A stretch of DNA of 64,000 bases from Bacillota bacterium (GCA_023390655.1 JAEWCL010000015.1:48946-112945), one strand, 5' to 3'; counted from the first letter of the stretch, positions 1-10,113 are shown. A program made the numbers and translations. Notes: a model not told the origin generated them from the sequence alone.

Positions 1-36
1 CGCTTGTCAAGCGCTAAGAAACTTCCATTGTCCCCG

Positions 37-1647
37 TCAGGGCTGGATAAGCTTGAGTTTGTAAGCAATCTGCAACTGCAGGCGCGTCTCGGCATCGTCA
101 ATATCCATGCCGATGATAGACCGAATTTTATCCAGACGGTAGGCAATGGTATTGTAATGAATGTACATTTTTTCTGCCGTAGCCTTGGCGTTGCACTTGG
201 TATCCAAATACACCTGCAGCGTCTCAAGCAAATTGCTGTGCGAGTCCGCATCATACTTTTGAAGCGGGCCAAGGAGCTTATCCCGATATTGGAGAACAGA
301 GCTGTCCTCGGGCAGCATGGACAAAAGCGACAGAATGCCCAGTTGCTCGTCCTTAATAAACGGGTCGGTAATATTGCAGCGGACGCTAATCTCACTGATC
401 CGCTTTGCCTGCAAATACGCGGAAGGCACTTCCCTCGCTTCCACGGGGCGGCTGATACAAAAGCTCATATTTTCTTTTTCCAGCACATACTTCAACCGAT
501 CAATGAGGTAGGAAAGATGCGGGAAGTTCGCCGCCTCGTCCTCCATATCGCTTTCAAACACCAAAATGAGCTTGCCGTTGTGAATGGTAAACGCTATTTT
601 TGCATCCAAATTCATGATAATGGAGTGGATGATGCTGACGTCCCTCTGCAAAAAAGCGGCGTTATGCTGCTTGTTGTTGATATTAATCACCGAAACACGG
701 TACTGCTTTGCGGCGCTCAACTCATAGCCGTAGGTCTGCGCGGCAATGATGATGTCAAGCTCGCTGTCAAAATTGTTGAAAATCCAATCCTGAACGAATT
801 TGTCCTTGTACTTGCGCAGGATCTTTTTGAACGTCATGGTGTTTTTCATTTCAAGCGCCAAAATGCGGCTGATGCGCTTGACCGAGATTAAGTCCGTCTC
901 ATGGAACGGGCCGTGATACTCAATGAGAATAATGCGGATAAATTCATCTCCCGAAATTTCAACCCGGTATGTATGTACGTTTCGGCTGCTGCTGTTGATT
1001 TCAACGGTCAAGCTGCCCTCCTGTGGGTTATGGTAAAGCTGACGCAGCACGTCTTCCTGCACGGAATCAAGGAGCGACCTGCTCTTTTTGCTCATTACGA
1101 GCTCGTTGTCGCTGTCAAATATCAAAAACGGGTTTTGGATGACTTCCTCAATTGCATCCAAACGCTCCTCCATGCTGTCGTCCTGAAACAGGATATCCAG
1201 AAGCACCTCCATCTGGTCCTGCATTTTGCGGAAGGCGAGCGATTCGCGCTGGAAAATCTCCTCCGTAATCTCATGGACAATGTTTGCAAATATCGCTTCC
1301 ATGGGAAGCTCAATGAGGATGAAATTCAATTCCCTCGCCTTTTGTATGACGTGTTCTGAAATACTGTGGTAAAAATGTCTTGGCTTAATGCAAAGCGCCA
1401 CGGCGCCCTTTTCATGAAGCGCCTCCACTGCCCATATGAGCGCCTCCTCAGTGTCCCGGAACGTGTATCCGGAGCTGAGGATCACTTCACCGGGTTGCGC
1501 CCAGTTTTCCATATCCGTCATTTCAATGACATTCGCCCGCGTAATTTTTACCCCCAGCCGTTCCTTGCCGGAAAGCAGAAGGGAACCGGACATCGCGTTC
1601 AGGCGCAGAAGATCCCTGCATGTAAAATACTCTTCTTCCCGGGGCAT
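37..1647 (-). CDS. PucR/CdaR-family transcriptional regulator
   Basis: 536-aa ORF with a C-terminal PucR-type HTH (LLETLQVYLDTKCNAKATAEKMYIHYNTIAYRLDKI). It is divergent from the aldolase/dehydrogenase/PTS operon. Confidence 0.8.
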   Translation of the reverse strand: MPREEEYFTCRDLLRLNAMSGSLLLSGKERLGVKITRANVIEMTDMENWAQPGEVILSSGYTFRDTEEALIWAVEALHEKGAVALCIKPRHFYHSISEHVIQKARELNFILIELPMEAIFANIVHEITEEIFQRESLAFRKMQDQMEVLLDILFQDDSMEERLDAIEEVIQNPFLIFDSDNELVMSKKSRSLLDSVQEDVLRQLYHNPQEGSLTVEINSSSRNVHTYRVEISGDEFIRIILIEYHGPFHETDLISVKRISRILALEMKNTMTFKKILRKYKDKFVQDWIFNNFDSELDIIIAAQTYGYELSAAKQYRVSVININNKQHNAAFLQRDVSIIHSIIMNLDAKIAFTIHNGKLILVFESDMEDEAANFPHLSYLIDRLKYVLEKENMSFCISRPVEAREVPSAYLQAKRISEISVRCNITDPFIKDEQLGILSLLSMLPEDSSVLQYRDKLLGPLQKYDADSHSNLLETLQVYLDTKCNAKATAEKMYIHYNTIAYRLDKIRSIIGMDIDDAETRLQLQIAYKLKLIQP

Positions 1648-2157
1648 ATGGATCTCATCCTTTCTTCCCTGGTATATCTTCTATAATGCAAACCGCAGGT
1701 CCTGTCATAAATTTTCACAGAAATCGCGGGCTAACTATGAACATGCTACAAAAACCCATCTACCGTTTTGTGAAAAAATCCTATAGTATCTTCGCGCGAA
1801 CCCGAATATAATACTAATATATACAGAGAATGGCCAAAAAACAACCCACGTTCGAGCATTTTTCTTTGCTATTACTTGTATTTTTATGAATTTCCCAAAA
1901 TGCGCATTGCTTCTAAGCGTCCCTTTGAACAAGCCATTCCTCAACAAGCATTGTGATTCGTTCACAAAAACTCAAGATCATATTTGTGTAAAATTGATAT
2001 GGTTTCTTACTTGTAGAGTGGCTATAATAAACAAACAACAGGGCAACGTGTTGGAAAGCAATGACGCTATATGATGATATCATGTGGCGTCTTTTTCTTT
2101 ATCATTAAGGGCATTGAAGCTAAAGTGGGCCCGGAATATAAACAGGAGGACAGACAG

Positions 2158-2925
2158 ATGAGGAGACTCAACCGTATTTTTCAACAGGATAGGAAAACTG
2201 TCATTGTCGCAATGGACCATGGTATGGGGCTGCCGGTAAACCCAACGCTTGATGATACCGGGGCTGTCATCCGCGCAATCGTAAAAGGCGGTGCCGATGC
2301 TATTCTGACCACCTATGGCGTTGCCAAGCGGTTTGCGGACGAACTCAAGAATGTCGCACTGATTTTACGCGTAGACGGCGGCGGCTCGGCGCTGGGTGCC
2401 GATGAATGCCCGGACCTGATGTATACCATGGAAGATGCTCTGCGCGTAGGTGCAGACGCCGTAGCCGCAATGGGCTTCCCGGGTACCCCATATGAACACA
2501 GAAACTTAACCAACCTGGCAACGCTTTGCAGGCAGGGGGATGCGTGGGGAATGCCCGTTGTTGCGGAAACGCTGCCCGGCGGCTTCAGCAGCGCCGTTGA
2601 AAAATCCGTCGCCAACCTGACGCTTGCTGCCCGCTATGGTTGCGAATGCGGCGCAAGCATCATCAAAACTGCCTACAACGGCACCCCAGAGGAGTTCAAA
2701 CGCGTCATTGACGCTTCCTTCGTTCCCGTCGTCGTGTTGGGCGGAGAAAAGGCAAACAGCCTTACCTCCCTGTTCACCTGTATCGAAGATGCGCTCAGCG
2801 TGGGCGCTGCTGGTGTGGCGATCGGCCGTAACGTATGGAAGCACAAGGATCCCGAAGCCGTGACCCGCGCTTTGGTGGATCTCGTTCACAACGGCAAAAA
2901 GGCTTGTGAACTCCCCACCTTATAA
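2158..2925 (+). CDS. class I aldolase, DhnA/FbaB/LsrF family
   Basis: ORF 2071..2925 trimmed to ATG 2158, which follows AGGAGG. Family-like regions: TVIVAMDHGMG, ILRVDGG, ASIIKTAYNG. Confidence 0.8.
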   Translation: MRRLNRIFQQDRKTVIVAMDHGMGLPVNPTLDDTGAVIRAIVKGGADAILTTYGVAKRFADELKNVALILRVDGGGSALGADECPDLMYTMEDALRVGADAVAAMGFPGTPYEHRNLTNLATLCRQGDAWGMPVVAETLPGGFSSAVEKSVANLTLAARYGCECGASIIKTAYNGTPEEFKRVIDASFVPVVVLGGEKANSLTSLFTCIEDALSVGAAGVAIGRNVWKHKDPEAVTRALVDLVHNGKKACELPTL

Positions 2926-2971
2926 TCAGTTGAAGTCAGGAAGAAGCTTGCACCAAGAAAGGGGAATGCGT

Positions 2972-4021
2972 ATGATCCCGCAAACAATGAAAGCAGTAGT
3001 CGTCACCGCGCCGCGTACTGTGGAAATCCGCGAGCTTTCCACGCCCGTACCGACGGAAGGCGAGATCCTTGTAAAAATAGAAAAGTGCATGATCTGCACC
3101 TGGGAACAACGAATTTTTACCGGCGGGGATATGGCCTTGCCGTTTGTACCCGGACATGAACTTTCCGGTACCGTCGCCGCGATTCCGGATTGTACCATCA
3201 CCGGCTTTCAAGTGGGTGATCCCGTTATTGTCAAGACGTTCGACAGCTGCGGGCAATGCGAATACTGCTACCGGGGCTATGACAACGAATGCACCGGAAA
3301 ATCCAAAAAACGAGTCTATGACGGCATTCCGGGAGCGGGCGGCATGGCGCAGTATATCGCCATAGCGGCAAACCGTGTATTTAAAGTGCCAGGCGAAGCG
3401 CCGGATATGGACGCGGCGGCATTTGCGGAGCCGTTAAGCTGCTGCCTGCACAGCATGGAGCAGGCAGGAGTGGAATTCAGTGAAGATGTTGTGATTGTGG
3501 GCGGCGGCATCATGGGGCAGATTCATAACCTGCTCTCCAAGCTCCGCGGCGCACGCACCATTTTAGTGGAACCCGACGCCGAACGCCGCACGCTCGCAAA
3601 GCAGGTAGGCGCGGATCATATCATCAACCCCATGGAAACGGACCCTATACAAACGATTAAAGATTTGACCGAGGGCCGCGGCGCGCACGTGATTTTCTTT
3701 ACTGTGAATGTATTGCAGCTTGCGGAAGATTATCTTGAAGCGCTCTCTAAAAAAGGCAGGATGGTCTATTACGGCTCTTTTCATCCGTCCGGCGACGTGC
3801 ACTTCAACCCCAACAAAATCCATTATTCCGAAAAAGTTATCACAGGCTCGTACAGCCCCACCGTAAAAGCCTTCTGGATGGCGACACGCCTTTTAGGCTA
3901 TGGGCTTGTTGACGTAAAACCCTTCCTGTCCAAGCGGTATCCGCTTTCCTTGAGCCAACAGGCGTTTGAAGACGCTCTGAGCCCTAAGACCTATCGCGTA
4001 TTGATCGATCTATGGAAGTAA
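2972..4021 (+). CDS. zinc-dependent alcohol/polyol dehydrogenase (MDR superfamily)
   Basis: Motifs seen: GHELSG, the structural-zinc Cys cluster DSCGQCEYCYRGYDNEC, and the Rossmann segment VIVGGGIMG. The start was chosen at ATG 2972 (AAAGGGG lies 7 nt upstream); ATG 2966 is also possible. Confidence 0.8.
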   Translation: MIPQTMKAVVVTAPRTVEIRELSTPVPTEGEILVKIEKCMICTWEQRIFTGGDMALPFVPGHELSGTVAAIPDCTITGFQVGDPVIVKTFDSCGQCEYCYRGYDNECTGKSKKRVYDGIPGAGGMAQYIAIAANRVFKVPGEAPDMDAAAFAEPLSCCLHSMEQAGVEFSEDVVIVGGGIMGQIHNLLSKLRGARTILVEPDAERRTLAKQVGADHIINPMETDPIQTIKDLTEGRGAHVIFFTVNVLQLAEDYLEALSKKGRMVYYGSFHPSGDVHFNPNKIHYSEKVITGSYSPTVKAFWMATRLLGYGLVDVKPFLSKRYPLSLSQQAFEDALSPKTYRVLIDLWK

Positions 4022-4075
4022 GCTCCAAACGGCTGCCGCGTATGCGGTACATCAGAAGAAAGGCAGGGATACGTT

Positions 4076-4501
4076 TTGTTTGATTTGATCCTGATCAGCC
4101 ACGGTTCTTTTGCGGCGGGCATGCGCGAAGCGGCGGAATTTATCATGGGCGAGCAAAAGGGGCTAACCGTACTCGGTCTTTACCCCGGAGAAACGGTAGA
4201 CTACTTCGCAGGTAAGCTGGAAAAAGCCATTGATTCATTTAGAGACCCCAAAGAAGTTTTAATTCTCTCAGACTTGCCAAACGGCACCCCATCGAACGCC
4301 GCCATGTGGATGGTACTAAAAAAGGGGGTGAGCTGCATCTCGGGCTGTAACCTGCCCCTTGTGCTTGAAATCCTTGGGGCCCGGGACGAGGTATCCATCA
4401 ACGAGGCGGTTGCGCTCGCATGCGAAATCGGCAAAAAATCCATCGTCAGCTCGGATGAAATCATTGCCCGGAATAAAGCAAAGCGAGGGGAAGAAGCATG
4501 A
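4076..4501 (+). CDS. PTS mannose/fructose/sorbose-family EIIA component
   Basis: TTG start after AAAGGCAGGG. LILISHGSFAAG is the phospho-His region. The stop overlaps the EIIB start (ATGA). Confidence 0.85.
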   Translation: MFDLILISHGSFAAGMREAAEFIMGEQKGLTVLGLYPGETVDYFAGKLEKAIDSFRDPKEVLILSDLPNGTPSNAAMWMVLKKGVSCISGCNLPLVLEILGARDEVSINEAVALACEIGKKSIVSSDEIIARNKAKRGEEA

Positions 4502-4971
4502 GCGTTGTTTTTTACAGGATAGACGATAGGCTGGTACACGGCCAAGTCATGACAGGCTGGACCAAAATTTATAAGACGCAGCGCATTTTTGTTGTGGATG
4601 ACAAAACCGCAGCCGATCCGTTTCTATGTCAGGTTATGCAGATGTCCATGCCTACGGATTACGATGTGAACATTCTAACGCTCGAGGATGCGGCTACCGC
4701 AATTCAGAACGACCCGCCCGATAAACGGACGATGGTGTTGACCAAGACGCCCGACGTTATGCTTGGTCTTATTGAACGGGGAATACAGATGGCGGAACTC
4801 AACGTTGGAGGAATGGGATATTTGCCGGGAAGGAGGGTCGTGCTCAAAAATATCCAGATCACACCGCAAGAGTTTGAGGTACTAAAACAGATTGCAGCGC
4901 ACAAAGTCCGTGTATATTTCCAGATCGTACCGGACGGAAAGCTCCTTGAGATTGAAAAGGTGAAGCTGTAA
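4498..4971 (+). CDS. PTS mannose/sorbose-family EIIB component
   Basis: The RIDDRLVHGQV phospho-His motif is characteristic of this EIIB family. Confidence 0.9.
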   Translation: MSVVFYRIDDRLVHGQVMTGWTKIYKTQRIFVVDDKTAADPFLCQVMQMSMPTDYDVNILTLEDAATAIQNDPPDKRTMVLTKTPDVMLGLIERGIQMAELNVGGMGYLPGRRVVLKNIQITPQEFEVLKQIAAHKVRVYFQIVPDGKLLEIEKVKL

Positions 4972-5013
4972 TCGGGAACAGGGCCGGAATTAGAAAGGAA
5001 GAGGGGAAAATTT

Positions 5014-5781
5014 ATGGAATGGTGGCAAGCACTAATCGTTGCATTCTTGTACTATTTTTCTGACGCACCGTTTTTCTTCGGTGAAGGCTACTATGTGCTC
5101 CAGCGCCCGGTTGTAGCTGGCTTGCTCGTAGGCCTTGTCATGGGAAACCCTGTCATGGGTACGATCATTGGCGCAACGATCAACCTCATTTACCTTGGTC
5201 ACTTGAACGTCGGTGGCTCCATGCCTTCCGATATGGCGTTGGCCGGTTATCTTGGCACAGCGCTTGCACTCTCTGCCAGCGTCTCCGCGGAAGCTGCACT
5301 AGCGCTTGCAGTGCCGCTTGGCATCCTCGGCACAATCGTCTGGTTTGGCCGCATGAGCATTTCTTCCCTGTTTGCGCACTGGGCAGACAGTTTTGCCGCT
5401 AAGGGCAACGTCAAAGGCGTCATGCTGATGAACTGGCTCCCCGCGCAGGTCATGCTCTTTGTATTCAAAATGATCATCGTGTTCCTGGCTGCCTACTTTG
5501 GAAGCGGGCTCGTGTCCTCATTCCTCGATTCCATCAGCGGAAGCGGCGTGCTCCATGGCCTTGAAGTCGTAGGCGGTCTGCTGCCGGCGCTTGGTATTGG
5601 TTTGAATCTGCGCGCCATCCTCAAGAACGAGACCATGCCGTTCCTGCTCACCGGTTTCCTGCTTGTCGCCTACTTTAAGATGAGCATCATCGGCGTGAGC
5701 CTGTTCGGCCTCGTATTCGCACTGATTTATCTCTACTACACGAACAAGCAGCCCAAGGAGGAGAAAGCCGATGTCAAGTGA
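5014..5781 (+). CDS. PTS mannose/sorbose-family EIIC component
   Basis: 255-aa polytopic membrane protein sitting between EIIB and EIID. It overlaps the EIID start by 11 nt. Confidence 0.85.
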   Translation: MEWWQALIVAFLYYFSDAPFFFGEGYYVLQRPVVAGLLVGLVMGNPVMGTIIGATINLIYLGHLNVGGSMPSDMALAGYLGTALALSASVSAEAALALAVPLGILGTIVWFGRMSISSLFAHWADSFAAKGNVKGVMLMNWLPAQVMLFVFKMIIVFLAAYFGSGLVSSFLDSISGSGVLHGLEVVGGLLPALGIGLNLRAILKNETMPFLLTGFLLVAYFKMSIIGVSLFGLVFALIYLYYTNKQPKEEKADVK

Positions 5782-6601
5782 AGTAAAAAGCGAAGGTAAA
5801 CTGACAAAAAAGGATATTACAAAGTCCTATTGGCTCTGGCAGTTCTTTTCCCACGCAAACTACAACTATGAGCGCATGCAAGGTACGTCGTTTGCCATGT
5901 GCATGGCGCCCATCATTCAAAAGCTGTATAAGAAGAAAGAAGACGTCATCGACGGCCTGCAGCGCCATCTGGTGTTCTTCAACACCAACCCGAACCTGGG
6001 TGCGCTCATTCATGGCACAACCATCGCCATGGAAGAAAAGAAAGCGGGCGGAGCAGACATCAGCGGTGATTCCATCAATGCCGTCAAAACTGGTCTGATG
6101 GGCCCTCTTGCAGGCGTTGGCGATACGATCGACCAGGGCATTCTGATCCCGCTCATGGTGGCGCTGGGCATCAGCCTTGCAAAAGACGGCAACATTTTCG
6201 GCTCCTTGCTGGTTTTGATCGGCCTTCCCATTGTCCTGATGCTCATTTCCTACAACTCCTGGATGCAGGGTTACCGGCTTGGCAGCGACGCGGTTACTTC
6301 CCTGCTTTCCGGCGGAAAAATGAAACGCCTCATCGGTGCTGCAAGCATACTCGGCTGTACGGTTATGGGCGGGCTCATTTCTGCATACGTTTCCTGCTCC
6401 ACAAAGATCACATTCTTTGTGGGACAGTCGGAATTCAACCTGCAAACGCAATTCTTTGATGCCATTATGCCCAATCTGCTCCCGCTTGCAGTGACCCTGG
6501 GCGTATATGCGGTGCTGCGCAAGGGCAAGTACAACTCTCTTGTTGTGATGCTTGTGATCGCAGTTATCGGTTTCGTGCTTGGATTGCTCAATATCCTCTA
6601 G
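5771..6601 (+). CDS. PTS mannose/sorbose-family EIID component
   Basis: The N-terminal region LTKKDITKSYWLWQFFSHANYNYERMQG is typical of mannose-family EIID, and the remainder is hydrophobic. Confidence 0.9.
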   Translation: MSSEVKSEGKLTKKDITKSYWLWQFFSHANYNYERMQGTSFAMCMAPIIQKLYKKKEDVIDGLQRHLVFFNTNPNLGALIHGTTIAMEEKKAGGADISGDSINAVKTGLMGPLAGVGDTIDQGILIPLMVALGISLAKDGNIFGSLLVLIGLPIVLMLISYNSWMQGYRLGSDAVTSLLSGGKMKRLIGAASILGCTVMGGLISAYVSCSTKITFFVGQSEFNLQTQFFDAIMPNLLPLAVTLGVYAVLRKGKYNSLVVMLVIAVIGFVLGLLNIL

Positions 6602-6623
6602 AGAGTTGTTCTAACCCCTAAAA

Positions 6624-6657
6624 GCCTGCCGTCCGCATATCGTCGCGGGCGGCAGGC
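6624..6657 (+). other. GC-rich stem-loop between the EII genes and ptsH (no U-run)
   Basis: GCCTGCCG(TCCGC)...(GCGGG)CGGCAGGC inverted repeat. A second hairpin, ACCGCCC...GGGCGGT, follows about 40 nt later. Confidence 0.35.
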
Positions 6658-6784
6658 GTTCCACACTGCAAGTCCTTTCAAACCGCCCCTTTGGGGGAAT
6701 GGGCGGTCCATGATAAGGCTACGTATCCCCGCTTATTACTTTGAGTTTTACGCCCTAATGGGCGATCAGGAAGGGCATTGAACA

Positions 6785-7048
6785 ATGAAACAAAGTGAAA
6801 TTACCATCACCAACGCAAGCGGTCTGCACGCACGGCCCGCTGCCAATGTGATGAAGACAGCCAAACGCTACCAGTCGGACATCCGCATTATCAAGGACGG
6901 TCGTTCCGGAAATGCAAAAAGTTTGGTGGAGATATTAAATCTTGATATTTCACGGGGAGATACCGTCACACTGACCTGCCAGGGCGAGGACGAGGAGGAC
7001 GCGCTTGACGGCGTGAAATCCATGATGGAAAACGACTTTGAAGGCTAA
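6785..7048 (+). CDS. ptsH: phosphocarrier protein HPr
   Basis: 87 aa. It has the GLH(15)ARPA active site and an AKS(46)L HprK-site context. Confidence 0.9.
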   Translation: MKQSEITITNASGLHARPAANVMKTAKRYQSDIRIIKDGRSGNAKSLVEILNLDISRGDTVTLTCQGEDEEDALDGVKSMMENDFEG

Positions 7049-7066
7049 AGTAGCACAGGAGGGCTT

Positions 7067-8788
7067 ATGTTTCAAGGCTGCGGCAATTCCCTGGGCGTTG
7101 CGGTAGGCTATGCGCACATTGTACGCAACCGCTCCATTTCAATAGAAAAGCAGACGGTCTGTGACGCGGAACAGGAAGTGCGTCGGCTGGATGAGGCAAT
7201 CGGCATTGCATGCACTCAGATGGAAGCGTTGCTATTGGAAGCGGAGGCTTCCCTTTCTTCTGATGAAGCGGATATTTTCGAAATGCATCTAGCCTTACTC
7301 GAAGATCCCGGTTATCTTGGCAAAGTACGCGAGCGCATTAGAACGGAACAGGCAAATGCCGAATGGGCTCTGATGGAAGAAACAAGCAGGCTTGTTACTT
7401 CTTTTGGCGAAAAGGGCGATATGCTCAAACAACGCACAGCGGACTTACGGGAAATCGAGCTGCGACTAAGCGACATATTGCTTGACCAACAGCCACAAGC
7501 GACAAAGATGTTGCAGGAGAACAGCATCCTCATCGGAGATGAACTTCTCCCTTCCCAAATTCTAAAGCTTGACGTTACAAAAACAAAAGGCGTAGCAACA
7601 TCGGGCGGCGGCGCAACTTCCCACGCGGCCATTTTGGCAAAAGCGCAGGGAATACCAGCCGTGTTCGGCGCGCAAGGCTTACTTGAGCAGATAACGGACG
7701 GAGACTATGTGATCGTGGATGCGGATACGGGGACCATATACATAAACCCCACAAACGATGTCCTCCTTGCTTATCAAAAGAAAGTGGCTGAACAGGCGCA
7801 GTTATCGGAGTTTGCAAAGGCGTACCGCACCGCACAGGCGGCTACAACGGACGGCAAACGGATTTTGGTAGAGGGCAACATTGCTGGCCCCATGGGTACC
7901 GCATCCGTTCTCGCGGCCGGTGCGGATGGCGTAGGCCTATTCCGGACGGAGTTTCTTTATCTGGAGCGGGATACGCTTCCTGCAGAGGAGGAACAGTTTG
8001 CGTTCTATCTCAAAGCCGTACGCGGCATGCAGGGGTTGCCGCTCGTTATCCGCACACTGGACATCGGTGGAGATAAGCAGGTCTGTTCCCTTGGACTTAA
8101 CCAAGAGGCCAACCCGTTTTTAGGCTACCGCGCCATCCGCATCTGTTTGGATCAGGAGCCGGTGTTCCGCACCCAGTTGCGCGCCATACTACGCGCAAGC
8201 GCGTTTGGCCCGATCTCCATTATGTTTCCCATGATCTCCTGTGTGGAGGAGTTGCGCCAGGCAAAGGCCATTCTAAGCGGCGTACGCGAAGAGCTCCTCC
8301 ACGAGCAAATTCCATTTGACACAAACGTTCCCGTCGGTATCATGGTGGAAACGCCCGCGGCAGCAATGCTTTCCGATCTCTTAGCCCGGGAAGTGGACTT
8401 TTTTAGCATCGGTACCAACGATTTAATCCAATATACCGCCGCAGTGGACCGCATGAACGGGCGTATCGCCCACCTTGCCTCCCCCTATCATCCCGGCGTA
8501 CTGCGGCTGATTGCAAATATCGTATCCGGCGCCGCAAAACAAAGCATTCCCGTTGCGGTCTGCGGGGAGATGGCCGGCGAATTTCCACTGATCCCGCTTT
8601 TAATTGGGTTGGGAGTTGATGCTCTGAGCATGAGCGCATCCCTCATCACAAAGGCAAAGTACATCGTTTGCAATACCCCCTTTCATCAGGCTCAGGGGCT
8701 TGCACAAAGAGCGTTATCCCTTTCTACCGTGCAAGAGTTACGGGAGGCTGTCTCCCTGTTCCACGAAACACTCATTCCCCCTGCGTAA
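7067..8788 (+). CDS. ptsI: phosphoenolpyruvate-protein phosphotransferase (PTS Enzyme I)
   Basis: 573 aa. GGGATSHAAILA is the phospho-His region, and IGTNDLIQYT lies in the PEP-utilising domain. Confidence 0.95.
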   Translation: MFQGCGNSLGVAVGYAHIVRNRSISIEKQTVCDAEQEVRRLDEAIGIACTQMEALLLEAEASLSSDEADIFEMHLALLEDPGYLGKVRERIRTEQANAEWALMEETSRLVTSFGEKGDMLKQRTADLREIELRLSDILLDQQPQATKMLQENSILIGDELLPSQILKLDVTKTKGVATSGGGATSHAAILAKAQGIPAVFGAQGLLEQITDGDYVIVDADTGTIYINPTNDVLLAYQKKVAEQAQLSEFAKAYRTAQAATTDGKRILVEGNIAGPMGTASVLAAGADGVGLFRTEFLYLERDTLPAEEEQFAFYLKAVRGMQGLPLVIRTLDIGGDKQVCSLGLNQEANPFLGYRAIRICLDQEPVFRTQLRAILRASAFGPISIMFPMISCVEELRQAKAILSGVREELLHEQIPFDTNVPVGIMVETPAAAMLSDLLAREVDFFSIGTNDLIQYTAAVDRMNGRIAHLASPYHPGVLRLIANIVSGAAKQSIPVAVCGEMAGEFPLIPLLIGLGVDALSMSASLITKAKYIVCNTPFHQAQGLAQRALSLSTVQELREAVSLFHETLIPPA

Positions 8789-9020
8789 GTGCAAGATCAC
8801 AATAATGGTCCCCCGGCAAACCGGGATCTGCAGCAGCGCCATAACAGGCGCATTACGCTTTGCCATTTGCGTGGAGTTGTTCTCTCGAACATAGAGGCCA
8901 TCTCTTGTTTCTGCCTTTCCTGTAGTTTCCAGTCCGCGGGCGTTTGCTAAAAGGGGTCTTGTTTTACTCATAGCTCTATACGCTTTACCGGCCCCCTGCC
9001 TAGCAGGAGGGGCATACAAT

Positions 9021-9051
9021 AAAACAGGTTGGGGTTTCCCATACCTGTTTT
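9021..9051. terminator. bidirectional rho-independent terminator (ptsI side and dipeptidase side)
   Basis: AAAACAGGT..(TGGG/CCCA)..ACCTGTTTT hairpin with an A-run and T-run on both sides. It lies immediately 3' of the dipeptidase stop. Confidence 0.6.
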
Positions 9052-9060
9052 ATAAATGCG

Positions 9061-10008
9061 TTATTTGCAATACTGTTCCAAATACCTAGCAAGATTGTCA
9101 AACGCAATTCCCTTGACCTGTTCCTCTGAATACCCGTCCTTCAACAGTGCCTCAAAAATAAGGGGAACATCCTGCGGGCCATTTACACCCTCAGGCCCTT
9201 TTTCAATGCCGTCAAAATCAGAACCCAAGCCAAGGATGGAGAGCGCGCCCAAGGACGCGAAATGATCCACATGGCGCACTACATCAGCTATCGTCGCGCC
9301 ACCGTCTTCGCGCAGGAAATCCGCCATATAATTCAATCCCACAAAGCCGCCCGCATCGTAAAGAGCTACGATCTGTTCATCCGTCAGGTTGCGCCTGTGC
9401 CCGCAAACGGCTTTGGCGTTGGAGTGGCTCGCCATGGGGGGCAGTTTGGAGCAGCGCATCACATCCCAAAACCCGGCTTCATTAATGTGAGAGACGTCCA
9501 CGATCATCCTGAGACGGTTCATTTCCGAAATGACCTCGCGGCCAAAGCCGCTCAATCCTCCACCGTACTCCTCATCCACTCCATCCGCAAGTTCATTGCG
9601 GTGATTCCAAGTAAGCGTCATGAGCCGCACGCCCAGGCAATGAAAAACTTCCACCATTTCAATGTTCCCAGCGAGGGCATCAGCACCCTCGATAGTCAAC
9701 ATTGTTCCGATCTGCCCTTCCCCAATCGCACTTATACCCTTGCCGAATCCAAGGTGAATAAGCCCGTATTCCTCTACCATGCGATGGTAATCATGGATCA
9801 TCAAAAGAGCGTTAGTCATGGCCCGGGCACGTTCCTCACGGTTGGCAGGAAATGCTGCAAAAAACGCAAGCTTCACATTGCCCGCGCGCATCCCAGCCAG
9901 TGTCATATGCTGTTGTTTTCCAACAGGCGCATCCAGCTTCACCCCCTTACGCATCAGGGAGAGAAAATCATTATGCGCGTCCGCAACCGGAAAATGTCCT
10001 TGACCCAT
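9061..10008 (-). CDS. membrane dipeptidase family protein (peptidase M19)
   Basis: Motifs seen: VADAHNDF, VDVSHINE, ASHSNAKAVCGHRRNLTDEQ, LGSDFDG. The start is ambiguous (10008, 10017 or 10038); 10008 was chosen because AAAGGA lies upstream. Confidence 0.8.
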   Translation of the reverse strand: MGQGHFPVADAHNDFLSLMRKGVKLDAPVGKQQHMTLAGMRAGNVKLAFFAAFPANREERARAMTNALLMIHDYHRMVEEYGLIHLGFGKGISAIGEGQIGTMLTIEGADALAGNIEMVEVFHCLGVRLMTLTWNHRNELADGVDEEYGGGLSGFGREVISEMNRLRMIVDVSHINEAGFWDVMRCSKLPPMASHSNAKAVCGHRRNLTDEQIVALYDAGGFVGLNYMADFLREDGGATIADVVRHVDHFASLGALSILGLGSDFDGIEKGPEGVNGPQDVPLIFEALLKDGYSEEQVKGIAFDNLARYLEQYCK

Positions 10009-10113
10009 ATATTCCATCCTTTTTATGACTCTATTCATTATATTGTACCGCTGGATAGAGCTTGATAAAAGCAAAAATTATATGTATATTTATATGATGA
10101 TCTGGCAAACAGC

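Noticed and set aside
4-1359. Plus-strand ORFs 4..891 and 901..1359 opposite the PucR-family gene
   Set aside because: They are antisense shadows. Only the minus frame shows a regulator-like sequence with a C-terminal HTH.
2023-2028. TATAAT hexamer upstream of the aldolase/PTS operon as its promoter
   Set aside because: No acceptable -35 lies at 16-18 nt, and the region is generally A+T-rich. The evidence is too weak to annotate.
8738-9019. Small minus-strand ORF (MSKTRPLLANARGLETTGKAETRDGLYVRENNSTQMAKRNAP... from ATG 8971) in the 270-nt ptsI-dipeptidase spacer
   Set aside because: It has a weak RBS, runs antisense into the ptsI 3' end, and matches no family I recognise. It could be a small protein or just spacer, and the evidence is insufficient to call it.
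9262-10065. 267-aa plus-strand ORF inside the dipeptidase gene
   Set aside because: It is antisense to a frame with clear M19 motifs, and it has no RBS or family similarity.
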